Below are positions 15,248 through 18,593 of a stretch of 18,593 nt of DNA, piece after piece. Numbering within the stretch: the first letter of the stretch is position 1; every line of letters starts with the position of its first letter. Under the pieces are notes generated by a model. The model saw nothing but the letters and a program-made list of their open reading frames with translations. It did no database searches and was not told where the DNA came from. The stretch is from an uncultured delta proteobacterium (GTDB taxonomy: Bacteria > Desulfobacterota > Binatia > UBA9968): positions 1-18,593 of the forward strand of contig CAVWLW010000049.1 in NCBI GenBank assembly GCA_963755715.1, written 5' to 3'. The translations under genes were made by a program, and so were the position numbers.

Positions 15248-17124
15248 ATGCGTCACATCGCGCCGAGAGTTCTCATTTTATTACTTTGTGCTTTTACGAT
15301 CTTACTCGGTGATTCGCACCAGGTAAGTGCCGCGAGCCTTCAAGTCAGCTGGACTGATAATTCCGACGACGAAGATGGTTTCAGCATCGAACGTAAGCTA
15401 GACCCCAACGGGACATATGTAGTGATCGCCACCGTGGGTCCGAATGTGACGTTTTATAGCGATAATAGCCTGGCAAACAGTACAACCTATTGTTACCGCG
15501 TGTACGCCTTTAACAGCGCCGGCAACTCTGCATACACGAACGAAGCTTGCGGGACGCCTTCCGGTATTACGCCGCCACCCACTTCCGGTAATACCATCAC
15601 GACCAATGTTGCTGAGGGTGCGGTATTAAGCGGCTCTTCGGTCATATGGACGGCAACTGCTTCCGGTTCTCCGGTTCGCGTGGAGTTTTTATTGACGGGA
15701 ACCATTCATGGACTGAATATGTTGCACCGTATCAATTTAATGGCGATCCGTCCGGAACCTTGGATACGACTCAACTTGTTGATGGCTCTCATCAGCTAAC
15801 AGTCCGTGCTATCTACTTTGATAATTCGACCGCCGAACTCCCCGTTGCGGTCACCATTGCAAATGGTGGAGTGCCTACTGCTGGGCCGACTCCACCCATA
15901 CTTCCTCCAAGTGCACCACCCCCTCCAGCACCGCCACCCACTTCCGGTAATGCCATCACGACCAATTTGCCGAGGGTGCGGTATTAAGCGGCTCTTCGGT
16001 CATATGGACGGCAACTGCTTCCGGTTCTCCGGTTCGCGTGGAGTTTTTCATTGACGGGAACCATTCATGGACTGAATATGTTGCACCCTGATCAACTTTG
16101 ATGGTTATCAGCACAGTCCGGCTTTACTGATAACGACCGTCGAAACCTTGGGTCACCATTGCAAATGGTTCTCATCAGCTAACAAGTCCGTGCTATCTAC
16201 TTTGATAATTCGACCGCCGAACAAACAGTTGCCGTTACTGTCCAAAACACCTTAACTAGTTTAGTTTTGACCCAGCTTACCGGTGGTACCAATGGTTTTG
16301 TAACGATGGCAGCGAGTAAAGCTGGCACGGCGACTTCTCAAATCGCCTTCACTCGAAGATTGGCATTTTTCGGCCAGAGACCGGAGAGTGGTTTTTGGAT
16401 CGTAACGGCAATGGGCAGTGGGACGGGTGCGCAGTAGATATTTGCATTAGTTCTTTCGGTCAACCGGGAGATTTGCCGGCTATCGGGAACTGGAGCGGCG
16501 GCGCGACCAGCAGCATAGGCACTTTCGATTCAATTACGGGGAGATGGCAACTCGATCGTAACGGCAATGGGCAGTGGGACGGCTGCGCAGTGGATATTTG
16601 CGTTAGCTTCTTTCGGTCAACCGGGAGACCTGCCGGTGACGCGTAAAGTAAGTGGCGTGAATGGAACTATCATTGGTGTCTTTCAACCGGCGCACGAACT
16701 CTGGCATTTTGACATAAACGGGAATCATGCGTTTGACGGTTGCTCTATAGACGAATGCACCAACGAGTTTGGTACTTTGGGCGATATCCCTGTTGTAGGC
16801 GACTGGGTGGGTTTGGGAACCGAAGCGATCGGCGTCTTTCGCCCAAGCACGGGTCAGTGGTTCTTGGATGGCAACGATAATGGCCGATGGGATGGGTGCG
16901 CTGTTGAGTTTTGCCTCCTCCAACCGTTTGGCGACGATGGGACTCTTCCCGTAGTCGGCGACTGGAGCGGCGGAGGCGCAGCGAGGCCTGGCTTTTTCCG
17001 ACCGAGCACAGGAGAATGGGTATTAGACATGAACGGGAACGGGCACTTCGACGGCTGCGCAATAGATGCTTGCCTGGGCCCTTTCGGATACGCCGGTGAT
17101 TTGCCCGTGGTGGGGAAATGGTAA
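15248..17124 (+). CDS. Secreted/surface repeat protein: signal peptide, fibronectin type III domain, two Ig-like (Big) domains with Pro-rich linker, five C-terminal Cys/DxNGNG repeats (probable beta-propeller); several frameshifts
   Basis: GGAG RBS and signal peptide ending VSA. The FN3 domain reads LQVSWTDNSDDEDGFSIERK...YSDNSLANSTTYCYRVYAFNSAGNSAY. Two Big-type units share VRVEFFIDG and HQLTVRA, with APYQF...LDTTQLVDGS intact in copy 1. Then five ~52-aa units ending GDLPVVGKW*. Joins track ORFs 15248, 15646, 16395 and 16567. Indels near 15690, 15967, 16185, 16352 and 16607, plus a scrambled 16088-16170. Confidence 0.8.
15572..16222 (+). repeat. Near-identical tandem duplication of the Ig-like domain (copy 1 15572-15838, copy 2 15931-16222, period ~360 bp)
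   Basis: Both copies start ccgccacccacttccggtaat, share gagggtgcggtattaagcggctcttcggtcatatggacggcaactgcttccggttctccggttcgcgtggagttttt, and end gtccgtgctatctactttgataattcgaccgccgaac. Confidence 0.92.
16359..17124 (+). repeat. Five ~156-bp coding repeats (IGxFrpxtgxWxlDxNgNgxw/fDGCxxxxC...FGxxGdlPvvgxW)
   Basis: Units 1 and 2 are nearly identical in DNA (gatcgtaacggcaatgggcagtgggacgg at 16398 and 16554, offset 156). Units 3-5 are recognisable at protein level. Confidence 0.88.
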
Positions 17125-17502
17125 GAGCACAATGACAACTAGCCCAATTCTACCGTTCGACGCGCGTGTGCGCGGGATCAATCACTTGGGTTTCTCGCCA
17201 AGGGGTAATGTAAAATTGGGGTTTCCATGCCGTCACTAGAATCGCTGGCATCGGCAGCTCGACGCAGCAGCCGTTCGTGTAGCGCTCGGTTTCGTCGCAA
17301 ACTGCTTGACACGGTTATCACGCAATGCCTGACCCGGGCCGTAGTTGCTGAGGAAAAAAAGTACGAATAACGGAAAGGAAATCAGCGCCGCCGCCTAATT
17401 CTTTTTTACCCACCTATAGACGAGCTTCAAGCAAAATTTCACAGGATTTACTCGTAGAAGAATTCAATTCCAATCCTAGCGTCATCGTGGTCACAGACTG
17501 CG

Positions 17503-17784
17503 TTAGGGCTGCGACAAAGGAAGCGAGCCGCACTGCTCAACGCGCTTTCCATTCGGTTCTACATAGCCAATGCAGGCTGATCGCCGTTCGACAGCCGTTT
17601 CACCGGATAGTATCGAAACAGCGCCGCACATCATAGCGCCAAGCGGTGAGCATGGCTCCTCCAATATACGAACATTAGCTGGTATCGGTGCCGTATCGAG
17701 CGGGTGAGTTTGGGGCTGAGGCGAACACGCGACCGGCAACAGAATCGTCACAAGGGAGAGAAGAGATTTGAAGGCGTACGGCAT
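17503..17784 (-). CDS. Small hypothetical Cys-rich lipoprotein
   Basis: MPYAFKSLLSLVTILLPVAC-SPQ is a type II signal peptide with a lipobox-like PVAC. There are four further Cys in the mature ~75 aa. Alternative GTG start at 17796. Confidence 0.6.
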   Translation of the reverse strand: MPYAFKSLLSLVTILLPVACSPQPQTHPLDTAPIPANVRILEEPCSPLGAMMCGAVSILSGETAVERRSACIGYVEPNGKRVEQCGSLPLSQP

Positions 17785-18593
17785 GACTCCGGTCACTTAT
17801 CGCTGATCCGTTTCTGCTACAACCGGACGCCGATCGCACACCCAAATTGGGTGCACGCCCGCGGGTGCGCCTTTGTTCCCCATTTGACTTCATCTCCCCC
17901 ACCAGGATGAACCGTTTTATTAGGGCCTCAATTATCGGCGCTGAAAGGGGATTTTTACCCCAACGGCACATCCTTAGTCTATCTCTAAATTCTGCTGACA
18001 TACCATTGCTCCTTCAGATTAGCAGGGAAGGGGACAGCGCGCTGAAATCCTCCCGCATACAGAATGTTAATTGGACGTTCGTGACTTGCTGGCTAATCTA
18101 CTTGAGCATCATATACCGCGTTGGTTACGTCATACTTCATACTTCGAGTGTGACCTATACGAAATTTCTTTTCGCTGTTAGATAACTTTACGCACCGGTG
18201 ATCAATCCTAACTTCTTACTGTTGAACCTGTTTCTCCGCTTTTGCACAGGCGTAGCAACTTCGCTGTCAGAATACTTTACACCGCGAGCTGGCATTCAAA
18301 TGCGGTAACTACTTGATTAGCTTTCGTTTCTCTACTGGAAGAATTCCGGTACGTACATTGCTCCATTATTCGTTCCACTTTATTGGCGGCGCACGAAGCA
18401 ATGGGCTCAATATCCAGGAGAAGGCGGAACGGACCGATGGCTAAAGACGCGCAATGTTAGCGCACGTCAGCAGGAAGCAAAAATCGCGATGCACAGTGCT
18501 CGTTCGGAGTCAAACATTAAAACACACTATGACCAGCGAAAAAATCGTTGTCCGAAACAGACGATCTTGCTTTTGCGAGATCGATCCATGCCT

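Noticed and set aside
15572-16640. Repeats considered as a CRISPR array or a DGR template/variable pair
   Set aside because: The units are 360 and 156 bp in-frame protein-domain repeats without unique spacers. Differences are not adenine-specific, and there is no cas or reverse transcriptase gene in the window.
17675-18185. Track ORFs 17675..18001 (-), 17704..17910 (+), 17847..18185 (+)
   Set aside because: Mutually overlapping, with no RBS or motifs, and the first two overlap the lipoprotein gene.

Overview
Moderately GC-rich bacterial chromosomal window. The density of stand-alone solute-binding proteins and amidohydrolase/ThDP-decarboxylase genes resembles Candidatus Binatia ('Deltaproteobacteria') genomes, which is an inference only. 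Left to right it contains: a Fe3+/thiamine-type solute-binding protein (SBP; runs off the left edge and is missed by the ORF track), an Arg-type cysteine dioxygenase, a pirin, a YSC84/SYLF lipid-binding protein, a DHA2 MFS transporter, a NitT/TauT SBP, an amidohydrolase, a rhomboid protease, a second Fe3+-type SBP, a TctC/Bug SBP, a ComD/ComE-like two-subunit ThDP decarboxylase, another NitT/TauT SBP, a DUF2277 protein, an orphan Pal, a large secreted FN3 + 2x Ig-like + 5x Cys/Ca2+-motif repeat protein behind a consensus-spaced sigma-54 promoter, and a small Cys-rich lipoprotein. At least ten single-base indels split otherwise intact genes and look like long-read consensus errors. No rRNA, tRNA, CRISPR array or transposase was seen. 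The most interesting items are the sigma-54 promoter architecture (putative enhancer plus helically phased TTCTG repeats) driving the repeat surface protein, the divergent ComDE-like pair with no pathway genes, five SBPs with no permease or ATPase, and a mostly synonymously diverged 46-bp DUF2277 scar bracketing the comDE-like/SBP block.
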